Below are positions 1 to 10,505 of a stretch of DNA of 64,000 nucleotides, piece after piece. The stretch comes from a virus, in IMG/VR virus record IMGVR_UViG_3300027734_000056, positions 10,061 to 74,060 of that record; one strand, 5' to 3'. The notes beneath the pieces are model-generated. The model was given only the letters and a program-made list of their open reading frames with translations. It had not been told where the DNA came from and ran no database searches. Every line of letters begins with the position of its first letter. Within the stretch, counting starts at the first letter, position 1. The translations under genes and the position numbers were made by a program.

Positions 1-2
1 AG

Positions 3-1268
3 CCAAATACAACTTACTATGTTACCACAGCTACTACTAATTCAGCTGTTGCAATTCTTAGTGCTACACTGGGCGGAGCTGCATTCACCACTACAACAGC
101 CACTGTTAGTGGAGCACCAGTAGTAGTTGTTTCTTCGGTAAAAAATAACGTTGTATCAGTTCCAAATACAGCAAGTACACCAACTTATGCACCAACAACT
201 GGAGTAATATCAATTGCAACAAGTGCCACTACAACTAACTTATCCGTTGGCGACATTGTTGTAATTGGTGGATTAACAGCAAGTACGGATAGTGATACAA
301 AAACTATAAACGCTGCAGCAAAAGTACTTACTAACGATTCTAGTAGCTTGACCTTAACACTAATCAGTCCAAAATCACCAACCGCGGCAGGTAGTACTAT
401 TACTATTAGTGCTCTTACTGTAGTAAATAGCGTTAAACTATATAAGTCTGCATGGGCCCCAGTAAAATCAGACATTAGCTATGCTTCAGTAGGTGCCAGT
501 GATTTAAATCAATTGCAAACTTTTGGTATGCTTTTTGCTGTCGATAATGTGCTTTATACACTAGACAACTGCGCTATGACTCAGGTTAGTATTGATTTTG
601 GTTTGGACGGTATTGCAACAGCCGCTTGGAGTGGTCAAGGTACTAAGCTAAATGAAAGCTCAATTTCAATTGCTACTCTTGCTGCAGCAGCTACAGCTAA
701 AAACGTTTCAGCACCTTTTATTACCAATAAACTAAGCACTGTTGACCTAGAACTAGAGAAAGCACTGGGCAGTGTTGCAGCAGGTAGAAAGTATACACTA
801 GCACTAACTGGTGGTAATATTACAATTAATAATAATATTAATTATATTACTCCAGCCAACTTAGCTACCGTTAACATTGCTAATACGTACTATACAGGCA
901 CACGTGCTATTAGTGGTACACTAAATGCTTACCTAAAAACAGGTAATGCTGCTAGTAGCGAAAACACAGGCGAATTGCTAAGAGATATGTTGGCAGCAAT
1001 TACTTCTAGTAGTCTGTCTAGTACTGCTATTGAGCCAATGTTCAGCTTAGTACTATCAATTGGTGGTAAGTCAGCAACTGCTCCAGCACGAGTTGAGTTA
1101 GAAATGCAGTCTGTTGTTTTAAGTGTTCCAACAGTAGACGTTCAGCAAGTTATTTCAACAGCTATTAACTTCACTGCTCAAGGATATAAACCAGGCGCTA
1201 CAGCAGCAGATAATACTTTTGCAGTTGACGTACCAAGTGACTTAGCAATTCGTTACTTCGCAACTTAA
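3..1268 (+). CDS. Major tail tube protein (T5 pb6-like), 5'-truncated by the window edge
   Basis: Frame 3 is open from base 3 to TAA at 1268, so the ORF-track start at 348 is internal. The C-terminal part (IDFGLDGIATAAWSG, GTRAISGTLNAYL, VISTAINFTAQ) resembles T5-like tail tubes. It lies directly upstream of the chaperones and tape measure. Confidence 0.85.
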   Translation, partial: PNTTYYVTTATTNSAVAILSATLGGAAFTTTTATVSGAPVVVVSSVKNNVVSVPNTASTPTYAPTTGVISIATSATTTNLSVGDIVVIGGLTASTDSDTKTINAAAKVLTNDSSSLTLTLISPKSPTAAGSTITISALTVVNSVKLYKSAWAPVKSDISYASVGASDLNQLQTFGMLFAVDNVLYTLDNCAMTQVSIDFGLDGIATAAWSGQGTKLNESSISIATLAAAATAKNVSAPFITNKLSTVDLELEKALGSVAAGRKYTLALTGGNITINNNINYITPANLATVNIANTYYTGTRAISGTLNAYLKTGNAASSENTGELLRDMLAAITSSSLSSTAIEPMFSLVLSIGGKSATAPARVELEMQSVVLSVPTVDVQQVISTAINFTAQGYKPGATAADNTFAVDVPSDLAIRYFAT

Positions 1269-1279
1269 TTTTTTTTTAC

Positions 1280-1310
1280 GGCACTGGATTGATCACCAGT
1301 GCTACTTTTT
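1280..1310 (+). terminator. Intrinsic terminator or attenuator after the tail tube gene
   Basis: Stem GCACTGG (1281-1287)/CCAGTGC (1296-1302) followed by TACTTTTT. Confidence 0.6.
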
Positions 1311-1345
1311 CTCTCCTATTATAACAATCAAAGGACAATTCCCTC

Positions 1346-1771
1346 ATGACAAACGCAGCAGTAAACCTTAAATCGCTATTAGTTCCTTCTAAAAGTGTAG
1401 AAGTAGACTACCCAGGTTTAAATGGTTTTAAAGTTAATGTTGTTTTCCTAAGCCGTGAAACCTTAGTTGGTATTCGCAAAAAAGCTACAAAAACTACCTT
1501 TAAAAATCGTCAACCAGTTGAAGAACTTGACGAAAAGTTATTTTTACAACTTTATGTAAATGCTTGTATTAAAGGTTGGTCAGGTCTAAAGCTTCGCTAT
1601 CTAGAAGAACTAGCACCAGTAGATTTAACTGGTCAAGATCCAGAAGCAGAACTAGCTTACTCACAAGACGATGCACTATTCTTGATGCAAGCCAGTGCAA
1701 ACTTTGATGCTTTTATCAGCGAAACAGTAACTGAGCTATCAAATTTCACGAAGACCAGTACAAGCAAGTAA
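1346..1771 (+). CDS. Tail assembly chaperone (gpG-like)
   Basis: 141 aa between tail tube and tape measure; IKGWSGL motif; AAGGA upstream; ends just after a slippery heptamer. Confidence 0.85.
   Translation: MTNAAVNLKSLLVPSKSVEVDYPGLNGFKVNVVFLSRETLVGIRKKATKTTFKNRQPVEELDEKLFLQLYVNACIKGWSGLKLRYLEELAPVDLTGQDPEAELAYSQDDALFLMQASANFDAFISETVTELSNFTKTSTSK
1741..1747 (+). other. Programmed -1 ribosomal frameshift site A AAT TTC
   Basis: X XXY YYZ heptamer in the 0 frame of the chaperone. The -1 frame (AAA TTT CAC GAA GAC ... CAA AAT ATG) is open into the 1801-2139 ORF. Confidence 0.85.
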
Positions 1772-2139
1772 ATCACCAACTTGCCAGCTACTTTCAAAAT
1801 ATGCAAGTTAATGTAACCAAAGACTCATATTTTGAAATATGCGAAGCACTAGGCACAGAGCCAGTAGAAGAAGAAATTCCAGTTGACTTTGAAGATTTAC
1901 ACGTGGATGTTCAGGAAGCTTTAGGTATATACTATAAACTTAAAGATGAGTGGGATACTATGAATGGTAATTATATGGGCAAAAGCTATGCTGGACTGCT
2001 TGATATATTTACCATACTAGAAGTACCGGTCCAAGATCACCAAACACTGTTTAACTTAATAGGTATTATTGATCATCACAGATCAAAAGCCATAGCAGAC
2101 AGTAAGCCAGACTCCAGCAGCAAATCAGCCTCTGTATGA
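1741..2139 (+). CDS. Tail chaperone frameshift extension (gpT-like; ORF-track 1801-2139)
   Basis: Reached by the -1 shift at 1741; no clear Shine-Dalgarno before ATG 1801; immediately upstream of the tape measure. Confidence 0.8.
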   Translation, partial: KFHEDQYKQVNHQLASYFQNMQVNVTKDSYFEICEALGTEPVEEEIPVDFEDLHVDVQEALGIYYKLKDEWDTMNGNYMGKSYAGLLDIFTILEVPVQDHQTLFNLIGIIDHHRSKAIADSKPDSSSKSASV

Positions 2140-2157
2140 AAATACAGGGGCTTTTTT
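2127..2157 (+). terminator. Intrinsic terminator
   Basis: AGCCTCTGTAT-GAAA-ATACAGGGGCT stem with a GAAA tetraloop, then TTTTT. Confidence 0.85.
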
Positions 2158-2178
2158 GTACCTGAAAAAATTTAACTA

Positions 2179-2207
2179 TTGACAAAATCGCACCAAAATG
2201 ATATAAT
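2179..2207 (+). promoter_or_regulatory. Sigma70-type promoter for the tape measure gene
   Basis: TTGACA-17 bp-TATAAT with extended -10 TG and an A/T tract upstream. Confidence 0.9.
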
Positions 2208-2258
2208 TAGGGTTACTACGAGTACCATATTTTGGTAAAATGCTTAACTGGAGATGTT

Positions 2259-5200
2259 ATGGCAATTCAAGAAACAATACAAGTTAATGTACAGTCGAAC
2301 TTAGCAGAAGAAGAAAAACTAGCCAAAAGTATAAATGCTCAGTTGAGATCAGCTGCAAACGTTAGAATGAGTGCACCCAGTTCCGCAAAAATGGCAGCTG
2401 CCAATCCTGACGGTACTGCCAGCCCCACTAACTTATCTCGCGGCATTGCTGGTCAAACTGGTGCGTCAGGCAGAGATTTTGCTGCACAAGCTCAAGGCTT
2501 GGGCGGGCTTGTGCACGTGTATGCTACTTTTGCCGCTAACATATTTGCTGTGTCGGCAGCTTTTACAGCACTAAGTAAAGCAGCGGATACCACAAACTTA
2601 ATTAAGGGTCTAGACCAGCTTGGCGCAGCCAGCGGTCGTGCTTTGGGCGGGGTTGCCAAGGCAATGGTTATGGCTTCAGATGGGGCACTAAGCTTACGTG
2701 ATGCCATGAGTTCAGCAGCGCTTGCTAGTAGCGCGGGTATGAACAATGCTAATATGATGCGTATGACTGAAGTAGCTAAAAAAGCTTCACAGGCGCTTGG
2801 TCGTGACATGGCTGACAGTATGGATCGTTTAACAAAAGGTATTGCAAAAACGCAACCTGAATTGCTAGACGAACTTGGTATTATGGTTCGTGTAATACCT
2901 GCACAAGAAGCTTATGCACGTCAAATTGGCAAAACAGTAAGTAGCCTAACAGATTTGGAAAAAAAGCAAGCTTTTGCTAATGCTGTGTTGGAGGAAGGTG
3001 AAAAGAAGTTTTCTGCTATTAAAATTGACGCCAACCCTTACAGTCAACTTTCAGCCAGCTTGATTAATGTTTTACAAAGCTCCCTAGAATTTATAAACAA
3101 AGGTTTAAGTCCAATAGCTGCGTTTTTAGCAAGTAGCCCAACTGCACTAACTGCTGCATTAGCAGTACTAGGTTCAATACTACTAAAACAAGCGCTTCCT
3201 GCCCTTGGTCAATTTAAAGAAAGCTTGCAAACAAGTGCAGACTTAGCTACGTCTATTTCTAATAAGCGTAGTATAGCAGCAAACGCCTCTAGAAAAGCTG
3301 ATTTTGAAAACTTAAAACAAGCACTTGATAATGAAGCAGAAGTAAGAGTTGCTGCAGTTGTTAAAGCTGAAGCAGACGCACGTAAAATAGCAGCTGCAAG
3401 CAGTTTCAAACCCAGTAAAGGTGTACAAACAATTTTAGCTAAAGATTTAGGCGATATAAATGAAAAAGATTTTACAAAAATAGAAAGTGTAGCACTAGCC
3501 CAACAAACTCAGGGCAGAACTGCCCTTGCACAAGCTTATAGAGATTTAAGTGTTGCTATTAAACAAGCGCAAGTAGCAAACGCTAATTTTGATAAAGAAG
3601 TTGCTGCAGCTACGATACGGCTGCAAGAGCAACAAAAGGTTATCACTACAACAGGTCAAGTTCAAGTTATTGCAGACAGAGCAAACCAAGCTGCCAGAAC
3701 CAGAAGCATTGCTAGTTTAGCTGCGGAAACTGGAGCAACTAATGGTTTTATGGCTGCTTACAAACAACTGCAACAAGAAATAAAAACAGCTCAATCAGGT
3801 CCGATAACAAAAGACATAATGGACGGAACTACAAAGTTAGGGGAAATAACTGTACCTGCCATGAGTAAGGTGCGTGGAGCATGGACACTATTTTCAGGAT
3901 CTATTGCTGCTGCTGGCGGTTCAATTAGTACTTTTTTAAACTTTGCTGGTCCTTGGCTACAAGCTATTGGTTTGGCAGTTACTGCTTTTACTTTTTTAAG
4001 CGAAGCGCTAAGTAAAAATGGTAAAGCTGCTGCTGAAACGCAGGCAGCTTTTGATCAGCTTGGTGAATCTACAAAAACAACTGTTAATGTTTTTGATCGT
4101 TTACAAGGCTTAGACCCTCTTGAACGTTTATCTAGTCAAAATATATCAGCAAAAAGCACTGCAGTTACTGAAACCGCTGCTAGCATTGAAAATGCTTTTA
4201 AGAAAATAACTAAACAAGCGGAAGACGCCAATTTATTTGACAAATTTTTGGATGGAGCAAAAGTAGGTATTGGTTTAGGTTTACTAAAAGAAAGTTCTAC
4301 CGAACTAGCTAATGCAACTGCTAATAGCTTGCGCTTAGCTAAAGGCACAGCTGCGGGTGCTAAAGCAGCTGAAGACTTATCAAAAGCTTTAAACATTGAT
4401 GCCACTGATAAAGATGCTTTAAAAAGGGCTTTAGGCGATAGCCCAGAAAAGTTTTTTAAACTTGGCCCACAAGTGGTTGACATTATGAAGAAACTGGGTA
4501 CTGAGCTTACTAAAGCCAGTATGGCTGCACAAAACTTTGATGCAGCTATAACAACTGCTAATAAAACATTTGATGATTTATTAATTAGTATGCTGCCAAC
4601 AGACAGTGTAGCTAAACTTGGTTTTGATCTTATTAATGTGGGCAAATCAATGGCAGAGGCATTAGCAGAGCCAGAGCAAGCTATACAAAAGCTTGCCGAT
4701 ATTGCCAAAGACAATCAAAAATTAAGACTTTTTAGTCCAGAGTTTGCTGCTGATATTGTTGCAAATGGCAAAAAGATTCAGGACTTTGCTTTCAGATTAA
4801 CAGCATATCAACAAGGAATTAAAGATCAACAAGACTATATTAAAAAATTAGCTAAAGATCGTGAACTACTTGAACCAGATGTTGGTAGTGACGCGGGGCC
4901 GAATACTAAAGCACTTAACGAGAACTCAAAGGCTACCGCAAAAGCAAAAGAAGATATTAAGCAACTGGAGAGAGAGTCTGCAACACTATCAAAAAATCTA
5001 GAACCTTTTGTTGAAAAATTTACTCAAGAACAAGATCAGGCCTTTGTTAGAGGGGCTAAATATGTTCAGGATAGTATCAGCGATGGGTTTGCCAAAGCAG
5101 CTGTTACAGTTAGCAAAGCATATGCCGAAGGTTTAGGTGGCACAATTGCTGGAATAGAAGAACGTGCTAGACTTGAAAAAGAAAGTCTGCAAATACAACT

Positions 5201-8200
5201 GCGTCAAATTAATGTTCAACTACAACTTGCTGCTTCAGTGGACAAGTTAGCGCTGTTAACAGAAGAACGTTTACTTGTTGAAAGAGAACAGAGCTTAACA
5301 GACAAAGTTGAGGGTGGTGATACTTCAAAATTCACTGCCGATCAGTTGGCGTTAGTTAAAGCACAACAAAAAGGCCTTGAACTTGCAAAAGCTTCTTTAA
5401 ACGGAAACGGTAAGACTATTAAAGACGTTACAGAAATGCTTAACAGCAGTGATCGAGTAATTAAAAGTCAAGGACAGTTTTTGTTGCCATCAACACAAAG
5501 AACTGAAGCAGGCAAAGCTCAAGCAGCTGGTGTAAATGCACAAATTAAAGCTGCTGATATAGCTGCAGAATTTCAAAAAATGCAACAACTTGCTGCACTT
5601 GAAAAAGATCGTTTGGATACTGCGGCAAGTGGCTTAACACTAGACAAAGCAAAACTTGATATTCAAGCAAAAAGTGCACTTTACATGGGCACAGATTTGT
5701 TAGATAAAGTACAAGCAAATGAAGAACAAATTGCACTTAATAAAACAACTCAAGAAAATTTAAGTTATGAACTTGACATATCAAAAGCTTGGAAGGCTTA
5801 TGCAGGTGCTAAAAAAGACAGCGTAGCTTCACAACAAGCACTAAACGCAGTGTCAGAACTGGGGCTTAAGTACGCCAATAAATTAAACCGTGATGAAAAC
5901 GAAAGACAAAAAAGAGATTTAGCATATATACAGCAACGTCAGGCAGAAGAAAAAAAGCTATTTGATTTAATGCTGTCAAATCTTACTAAAATTGAAGCAG
6001 GTCGTGCTCAAAATGCTGGTGTAGAGCTACAAATACAAGATGATATTATAGAAAGACTAACTACACAAGGCACAACTATAAGCGCAACAACCGTGGCTTT
6101 AACAGCTCAAAATGCTTTAAGTAAAGAAACTGAACGTACTACTGCGGCGCAAAATACTGCGGCACTAACTTACGCAAAAGAAATTAATGACTTAGTAAGC
6201 AAAAAGAAAAACCTTAATGATGAAGAAGCTAAAGCTATAGACGAGCAAATTGCTTTAACTGCTAAACTCTATCAAGATAGAGTAGCAGGCGAGTCAAGAC
6301 TTAGTGAATCAAAACTAAAAACACTGGCTGTTCAAAATGCTATAAAAGCAGCAGAAGCGGAAGCAGCTAATGCTGCGCTATTAGAAAAAGATAGATCAAG
6401 CGCAGAACAAAACAGATTGGATATACAAGTAGAATTGTTAAGTAGACTATCTATAACTAATGCACTTTCTAAAGAAGAATTAGCTCGTAGAACTGGTCAG
6501 CTTAATATAGAACGAGAAATAGAAAGAAGTAAAAGTGCTCAAGCTGCAATTATTGCAGCAAATGCTATTAAAGAAGCAGAACTAAAAGCCAAGCAAAATA
6601 GCTTTAAAAATAGCAAAGGTGATATTATAGACGAAGCTAAGTTCGAAGAAACAGGTGCACAGCTAGCAGATGCTCAAATTAGAGGTGCCACAGCAGTAAA
6701 GCAAGAAAAAGATTTAAGTGCGGCTAAGCTAGAAACTATTGGTGTTCAATCAGCTATGGATCAGCTGCAGGCAAAGCAAGAACAACGTATGCAAACTATG
6801 ATTGGCCTAACACAAAATTTAACTACTGTGTTTGGTGAAATGGGTACTACTCTTGGTAAAAGCGTAGAAGCTTTTGGAGAAATTCTTGCTACTCAAGAAA
6901 AGTATGCCTCAGCAAGAGCTGAGTTAATGAAAGAGGAAAAGAAAAATGCTGATGCAATTAGACAACTAGATGAAAAAAATACAGCTCAACAACTTAGCAA
7001 TAGCAGTAAACTTGCAAATTCATCTAAAGGGCTTTTCAAAGAAAAACAAAATGGCTACAAGTTGCTTAGCGCAATTGAAAAAGCTAGTGCATTGGCAAGC
7101 TCGGCACTGGCAGCAAAAGCACTTGCAGAACAAGCCATAAATGCGGCAAAATCAATAGGTATTGATATTCCAGCAATTTATGCTGAATTTATGGCACAGC
7201 TTGGACCATATGGTGCTGCTGCTGCAGGCGTTGCAATTGCAGCATTTTTAGGTAGTAGTGGTGGTGGCGGCCCTAAAAGCTATACAGGTCCCTCAGCTGA
7301 AGACCAGCAAAAAGTGCAAGGCACTGGCATGCAGTATCAACAAAAAGGCGACAAGTATGAGCTTGTGGATACTGGTTTTGGTGTGTTGGGTGCGTCAGAT
7401 CAACTTAGCGATACATTAACCAAAACACAAACACTACTAGCAGAAAACTCTGTTAAAGGGCTGGAAGTTGATAAAAGCATGCTTAAAGCTATTAACCGTT
7501 TGGTTGATGCTATAGGCTCAGCTGTTACAACCATAGCGCTAGAAGGCAACCTTGGTAAAGGTTTAAACTTTGGCATGTTGCCAGGAACTAACAAAACGCC
7601 TGGTGCAGCAGAAGGGCTTGGACAATCACTTGGTTCGCTGATACCAATACCTTTAATTGGTCCTATGGTAGGTAATCTTATAGGTAACGTACTTGGTGGT
7701 ATATTTGGTGGCGGTACTAGTGCAACCTCAAGTATTGCAGGTGCTGGTATACTATTTAATGGCACTATCAAAGAACTAGCAGATGGCGCGGAAGGAGCAC
7801 TCTATCAATATAAAGATGTGCTAATACAGTTTCATAAAGACGGTGGTTGGTTTGGTAGGGACCGAAACTGGACCGAAATGCGTCAACAGCTACAAGGTGT
7901 AACAAAAGAAGTTAGTGGTGCGATTGCTTTAGTATTTATGGGTGTTCAGGATGTTGCATATGCTGTTGCTAAAAAAGCAGGCGTTGCAGATACCACAGTA
8001 GAGGCAGCATTAAAATCTATTCGCATAACCGACAAATTAAACCTACAAAATTTATCGATAGAAGATCAAAATAAACTGCTTCAAAGCGTAACTAGTAAAG
8101 CTTTGACACAAGTGTTTGAGCAAGTTTTACCCCAGTTTAAAAAGTTTCAAAAAGCAGGCGAAGATTTAGCTGCCACAGTATTCAGAGTTATAGATGCTCA

Positions 8201-10424
8201 AGACAAAGTAAACATGTCACTTGATTTAGTGGGTAGCAAGTTCACACATAATTTAGGTTATGACTTTACTGAAAAATTAATAGCCGCAGCTGGTGGCTTG
8301 GACAAATTTGTGGATCAAGCAAACTTTTTTGCAGAAAAATTTAACACAGAAGCTGAAAATATTGCACTTACTCAAGAGCAAGTAACTAAAAGCATGACAG
8401 CGTTAGGTTTTGGCACGGTAACAACTCGCGAACAATTTAAGCAATTGGTAAAAACCATCAGCAAAAATCTAACTCCAGCAAATGCAGGCTTATACCAACA
8501 GCTAATGAACTTAGCACCAGCGTTTGATGCAGTAGCAAGTGCAGCAGAAAAATCGGCAGCAACTACATATGATCTACAAACCAGTTTGTTAAGTGCACAA
8601 GGTTTCTCAAGTGCAGTACAAGAGCGCAACAGGCAAAAAACAATAGATGCTATAGCTTCTGCAAGTGATAAAACTCTACAACGCCAAATTTATACACAAG
8701 AAGATTTAAATAAAACAAACAGTTTAAATATAGAGCTGCTTAATGCTGAAAATAAAAGCTATGAAGCTTTATTATTAACTAGAGCACAAGAACTTAAAGC
8801 CCTAAGTGACACAGATAAAGTTATTAAAAGGAAAATTTATGCTGAACAAGACGCCGTAAAAACTCAAAATTTAAATATTCAATTGTTAAACCTTCAAGGA
8901 AAAACACAAGAGGCTTTAACTTTAACCAGAGAGCGAGAATTGTTAGCACTAAGTGTTAGTGATCAAGCTATACAACGTCAAATTTATGCACTACAAGATC
9001 AAGCTACAGCAACTAGCAAATTAAATACAATTAGAAGCAGCGAAATAACACTTTATAATTTACTAGGTAAGTCAGCAGAAGCACTAGCGCTTCAAAGAGA
9101 ACAAGACTTAGAAAGTACAGCAGATTACTTAAAAGCAAGTAAACGTTATCAGTTTGCACTAGAGAACGAAAAGGTTGTAAAAGATAAAATTGCAGCAGCT
9201 TACACAAAACAAAAAGATGCACTAAAGTCAACAATATCAGGCTTAGACGGTTCAATAAAATCATTAAAAGACTTTAGATCAAGTTTATTAACAAGCGCAA
9301 ATACAGTACTAACACCAAGTCAAATTTATCAACAAAATAAAAACAGTTTTGATGCACTAGCTGCCACAGCTAGCATGGCTATAACAGATAGTACCAGCGA
9401 AGCAGATAAGCAAGCTAGAGACGATGCTTTAAACAAGTTGCCTCAAGCTGCATCAGCCTTACTGGACAGCTCAAGAACTATGTTTGCAAGCGGTGATCAG
9501 TATGCTGCTGACTTTGGTCAAGTATCGGCAATACTAGATAAAACTGTTGGCTCACTAGAAAATCAAAAATCAACTGCAGAATATCAACTTGTTGCACTAG
9601 AAGACAGTGTTAGCTTCTTAAACTTAATTGAAACCAATACTGAGACTACTACACAACTATTAGCACAACTAGTAGCACTAGCACCTGCTACAGAGACTGC
9701 TAGAGCAGAAGCTGCTGCCAGTGGAAGTATAGCAGCGGGTCGTACCGTTTCTATATCTCCAATTTTTCCAGAAAAAGTTGTTCCAGATCATATAGTTGCA
9801 GCACTAAATAGTTCTACAACCACAAGCTCAACAGCTGTAACAACTGCAATACAAACTGCTAGCGAAATTTCTTATAATCTTGCACTTATTACTAATGCCA
9901 CTTTAGACAGAATAGCCACTCTTCTTAGCAAAGACAGAACAATAACAGTAGTAGTTACTCCTAGTATAACAATTGGCCAACTTGCGTCAGAGCCAGCAGC
10001 TGTAGAAGCTCCAAAAAAGAAAAAAACGTGGTTTGAGCAATTGTTTGGCAAACCTGATGACTCAGAAAATCGAACGTGGCTTGGCTTTCGTAAGTTTGAG
10101 TATGCCGAAGGCGGTTTAGCACCAGCAGGCATTAACTTAGTTGGTGAAAAAGGGCCTGAATTGGTTGACTTCAAAACACCTGGTAGAGTTTACAGCAACA
10201 AAGCAAGTAATGACATCTTTAACAGCAAGCAACTAGTAGAAGAAATTAGATCACTAAGGCAAGAAGTTAGCAGATTACGTAACGATCAAAAAGAACAAAC
10301 AGGACATTTAATTACTGCAACTTACGATGCAAATGCACAAAATGCCGAGCAAGTAACAGCAGGTACAGAAGACGCACTACAAGCACAAAACTGGAAACAA
10401 CGATCACAAATCAAGTTTGCCTAA
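2259..10424 (+). CDS. Tape measure protein (~2720 aa)
   Basis: Very long Ala/Leu/Gln/Lys-rich helical ORF after the chaperones. T5-like N-terminus (GLVHVYATFAANIFA, PELLDELGI) and C-terminal GGL..G..LVGEKGPELV motif. Start set at ATG 2259 after GGAGA. Confidence 0.93.
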   Translation: MAIQETIQVNVQSNLAEEEKLAKSINAQLRSAANVRMSAPSSAKMAAANPDGTASPTNLSRGIAGQTGASGRDFAAQAQGLGGLVHVYATFAANIFAVSAAFTALSKAADTTNLIKGLDQLGAASGRALGGVAKAMVMASDGALSLRDAMSSAALASSAGMNNANMMRMTEVAKKASQALGRDMADSMDRLTKGIAKTQPELLDELGIMVRVIPAQEAYARQIGKTVSSLTDLEKKQAFANAVLEEGEKKFSAIKIDANPYSQLSASLINVLQSSLEFINKGLSPIAAFLASSPTALTAALAVLGSILLKQALPALGQFKESLQTSADLATSISNKRSIAANASRKADFENLKQALDNEAEVRVAAVVKAEADARKIAAASSFKPSKGVQTILAKDLGDINEKDFTKIESVALAQQTQGRTALAQAYRDLSVAIKQAQVANANFDKEVAAATIRLQEQQKVITTTGQVQVIADRANQAARTRSIASLAAETGATNGFMAAYKQLQQEIKTAQSGPITKDIMDGTTKLGEITVPAMSKVRGAWTLFSGSIAAAGGSISTFLNFAGPWLQAIGLAVTAFTFLSEALSKNGKAAAETQAAFDQLGESTKTTVNVFDRLQGLDPLERLSSQNISAKSTAVTETAASIENAFKKITKQAEDANLFDKFLDGAKVGIGLGLLKESSTELANATANSLRLAKGTAAGAKAAEDLSKALNIDATDKDALKRALGDSPEKFFKLGPQVVDIMKKLGTELTKASMAAQNFDAAITTANKTFDDLLISMLPTDSVAKLGFDLINVGKSMAEALAEPEQAIQKLADIAKDNQKLRLFSPEFAADIVANGKKIQDFAFRLTAYQQGIKDQQDYIKKLAKDRELLEPDVGSDAGPNTKALNENSKATAKAKEDIKQLERESATLSKNLEPFVEKFTQEQDQAFVRGAKYVQDSISDGFAKAAVTVSKAYAEGLGGTIAGIEERARLEKESLQIQLRQINVQLQLAASVDKLALLTEERLLVEREQSLTDKVEGGDTSKFTADQLALVKAQQKGLELAKASLNGNGKTIKDVTEMLNSSDRVIKSQGQFLLPSTQRTEAGKAQAAGVNAQIKAADIAAEFQKMQQLAALEKDRLDTAASGLTLDKAKLDIQAKSALYMGTDLLDKVQANEEQIALNKTTQENLSYELDISKAWKAYAGAKKDSVASQQALNAVSELGLKYANKLNRDENERQKRDLAYIQQRQAEEKKLFDLMLSNLTKIEAGRAQNAGVELQIQDDIIERLTTQGTTISATTVALTAQNALSKETERTTAAQNTAALTYAKEINDLVSKKKNLNDEEAKAIDEQIALTAKLYQDRVAGESRLSESKLKTLAVQNAIKAAEAEAANAALLEKDRSSAEQNRLDIQVELLSRLSITNALSKEELARRTGQLNIEREIERSKSAQAAIIAANAIKEAELKAKQNSFKNSKGDIIDEAKFEETGAQLADAQIRGATAVKQEKDLSAAKLETIGVQSAMDQLQAKQEQRMQTMIGLTQNLTTVFGEMGTTLGKSVEAFGEILATQEKYASARAELMKEEKKNADAIRQLDEKNTAQQLSNSSKLANSSKGLFKEKQNGYKLLSAIEKASALASSALAAKALAEQAINAAKSIGIDIPAIYAEFMAQLGPYGAAAAGVAIAAFLGSSGGGGPKSYTGPSAEDQQKVQGTGMQYQQKGDKYELVDTGFGVLGASDQLSDTLTKTQTLLAENSVKGLEVDKSMLKAINRLVDAIGSAVTTIALEGNLGKGLNFGMLPGTNKTPGAAEGLGQSLGSLIPIPLIGPMVGNLIGNVLGGIFGGGTSATSSIAGAGILFNGTIKELADGAEGALYQYKDVLIQFHKDGGWFGRDRNWTEMRQQLQGVTKEVSGAIALVFMGVQDVAYAVAKKAGVADTTVEAALKSIRITDKLNLQNLSIEDQNKLLQSVTSKALTQVFEQVLPQFKKFQKAGEDLAATVFRVIDAQDKVNMSLDLVGSKFTHNLGYDFTEKLIAAAGGLDKFVDQANFFAEKFNTEAENIALTQEQVTKSMTALGFGTVTTREQFKQLVKTISKNLTPANAGLYQQLMNLAPAFDAVASAAEKSAATTYDLQTSLLSAQGFSSAVQERNRQKTIDAIASASDKTLQRQIYTQEDLNKTNSLNIELLNAENKSYEALLLTRAQELKALSDTDKVIKRKIYAEQDAVKTQNLNIQLLNLQGKTQEALTLTRERELLALSVSDQAIQRQIYALQDQATATSKLNTIRSSEITLYNLLGKSAEALALQREQDLESTADYLKASKRYQFALENEKVVKDKIAAAYTKQKDALKSTISGLDGSIKSLKDFRSSLLTSANTVLTPSQIYQQNKNSFDALAATASMAITDSTSEADKQARDDALNKLPQAASALLDSSRTMFASGDQYAADFGQVSAILDKTVGSLENQKSTAEYQLVALEDSVSFLNLIETNTETTTQLLAQLVALAPATETARAEAAASGSIAAGRTVSISPIFPEKVVPDHIVAALNSSTTTSSTAVTTAIQTASEISYNLALITNATLDRIATLLSKDRTITVVVTPSITIGQLASEPAAVEAPKKKKTWFEQLFGKPDDSENRTWLGFRKFEYAEGGLAPAGINLVGEKGPELVDFKTPGRVYSNKASNDIFNSKQLVEEIRSLRQEVSRLRNDQKEQTGHLITATYDANAQNAEQVTAGTEDALQAQNWKQRSQIKFA

Positions 10425-10425
10425 C

Positions 10426-10456
10426 AAAAAAGCCCTGCCACAAGCAGGGCTTTTTT
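10426..10456 (+). terminator. Intrinsic terminator (could act in both directions)
   Basis: AAAAAA-GCCCTGC-CACAA-GCAGGGC-TTTTTT. Confidence 0.88.
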
Positions 10457-10476
10457 GTGCCATTTAAAAATTATGC

Positions 10477-10505
10477 TTGACTTGTGGTAGCTAAACAGGT
10501 ATAAT
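10477..10505 (+). promoter_or_regulatory. Sigma70-type promoter for the tail-tip genes
   Basis: TTGACT-17 bp-TATAAT. Confidence 0.85.

Noticed and set aside
185-10174. Antisense and alternate-frame ORFs over the tube and tape measure genes (e.g. 185-475, 2371-2574, 4136-4714, 7400-7771)
   Set aside because: Shadow ORFs produced by codon bias; no recognisable motifs or expression signals.
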